Source of the DNA: Candidatus Roizmanbacteria bacterium CG_4_10_14_0_8_um_filter_33_9
GTDB lineage: Bacteria > Patescibacteriota > Microgenomatia > UBA1406 > GWC2-37-13
Direction: 5' to 3'
Assembly (NCBI GenBank): GCA_002785065.1
Contig: PFLI01000065.1
Location: forward strand, 1,724-26,226
DNA length: 24,503 nucleotides
The translations under genes and the position numbers were made by a program. Under the pieces are notes generated by a model, which worked only from the letters and a program-made list of their open reading frames with translations, made no database searches and was not told the DNA's origin. Positions 23,617-24,503 of the stretch are shown here, piece after piece. Every line of letters begins with the position of its first letter. Position 1 is the first letter of the stretch.

Positions 23617-24503
23617 ATGTTTTTAATTATCTACTTTTTGATTATTTTTCTTATTTTGCTTAATAGAACATCCTTATACTTGTTTGGCGGTGATAGCAGT
23701 GAGTTTAGTCTCGTAGGTTCGACTTGGGGTGTAGCTCATCCACCCGGATATCCGTTATATTCGCTTTTATCAAATCTAATTGTACGTATATTTCCTTTTT
23801 TTACAGTACCTTGGAGAATAAGTCTTATGTCGTCTATTTCCACCGTACTCACTTCAATATTAATATATAAAATTTTGAGATTTTATAAGATACATAGAAA
23901 TGTTTCTTTTTTTTCTGCAGGATTTTATGTTTTTTTATATCCAGTCTGGTTATATTCTCTTGTTCCAGAAGTTTTCGCTCTTCATACTCTACTTGTTACT
24001 CTCACAACATGGTTTGTTTTCCAGTTTACTAAAAGGAAAAAAATTAGTTACCTCTATTTTATTTTTTTATTATTAGGTCTACAAATCAGTAATCATCATA
24101 TGTTTCTTCTATTCGTACCTGGTTGGACTTATTTACTTCATAAAAGTAGAGTTACTTTGTTTTTAAAAAAATTATCAAAACGAAATATAATTTTACTTGT
24201 TTGTTTATTTTTAATTGGAGTATCATTCTATCTTTATACTCCTATTGTTAGTTATTTTGGGGCAATCTCGGATTGGGAAAACGCAAAAACGTTACTTGGA
24301 TTTGTTAGATTAATAACGAGAGCTACATATGGATCATTTAAAGCGTATTTAGGATCGGTCCCAAATTTTATAAATCAATTTTTTGATTTAGTTACTTGTT
24401 TTATCTTCATTTTCCATGATTTTCGTATTTTAGGACTCATTTTTATTATCTACGGCTTATTTACATTAATTAAAAATTACAAGATACTTTTTAACTTTAT
24501 TTT
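23617..24503 (+). CDS. DUF2723/TMEM260-like GT-C membrane glycosyltransferase (partial; runs off the window; absent from the ORF track)
   Basis: I translated it with no stop to the window end: MFLIIYFLIIFLILLNRTSLYLFGGDSSEFSLVGSTWGVAHPPGYPLYSLL...PEVFALH...NHH. GD..EF and AHPPGYPLY are DUF2723 hallmarks; several TM helices follow. Confidence 0.85.
   Translation, partial: MFLIIYFLIIFLILLNRTSLYLFGGDSSEFSLVGSTWGVAHPPGYPLYSLLSNLIVRIFPFFTVPWRISLMSSISTVLTSILIYKILRFYKIHRNVSFFSAGFYVFLYPVWLYSLVPEVFALHTLLVTLTTWFVFQFTKRKKISYLYFIFLLLGLQISNHHMFLLFVPGWTYLLHKSRVTLFLKKLSKRNIILLVCLFLIGVSFYLYTPIVSYFGAISDWENAKTLLGFVRLITRATYGSFKAYLGSVPNFINQFFDLVTCFIFIFHDFRILGLIFIIYGLFTLIKNYKILFNFI

Noticed and set aside
1-24503. 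Alternative genetic code 25 (TGA=Gly) as in Gracilibacteria/Absconditabacteria
   Set aside because: TGA terminates infC, nusB and pilB at their expected ends, and conserved genes are full length under code 11.

Overview
AT-rich bacterial chromosomal segment using genetic code 11: TGA is a stop in infC and pilB, and Trp is TGG. Gene content and order suggest a Patescibacteria/CPR genome, probably Microgenomates; this is inference from the short PheT, rpmF-nusB-rnc-rpsP, a secretin-less type IV pilus cluster and the scarcity of Shine-Dalgarno motifs. Gene order: thrS (partial)-infC-rpmI-rplT-pheS-pheT; nested palindromic elements plus a 5'-truncated RAYT-type HUH transposase; an ORFan and a class A PBP (minus strand); an unannotated 37-aa membrane peptide, recG, rpmF (missed by the ORF track), nusB, rnc, rpsP; a type IV pilus locus split into divergent arms (holB-like gene, six pilin-like genes and pilMNO leftward; pilB-pilT-pilC rightward); a probable major pilin with its own promoter and terminator; and a partial DUF2723/TMEM260-like GT-C glycosyltransferase. 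The most notable signal is a family of YGTCAT...ATGAC-tagged palindromic repeats with four copies. Two are intergenic. Two are inserted in-frame into housekeeping genes (the Zn-finger loop of PheS and a HolB-like clamp-loader subunit), read in the same orientation and frame, and both add peptides ending in QDD. A second recurring pattern is a -10 hexamer 6-8 nt before the start codon of most operon-leading genes, implying leaderless mRNAs. No rRNA, tRNA or CRISPR array was seen. All family calls rest on motif recognition; no database search was run.
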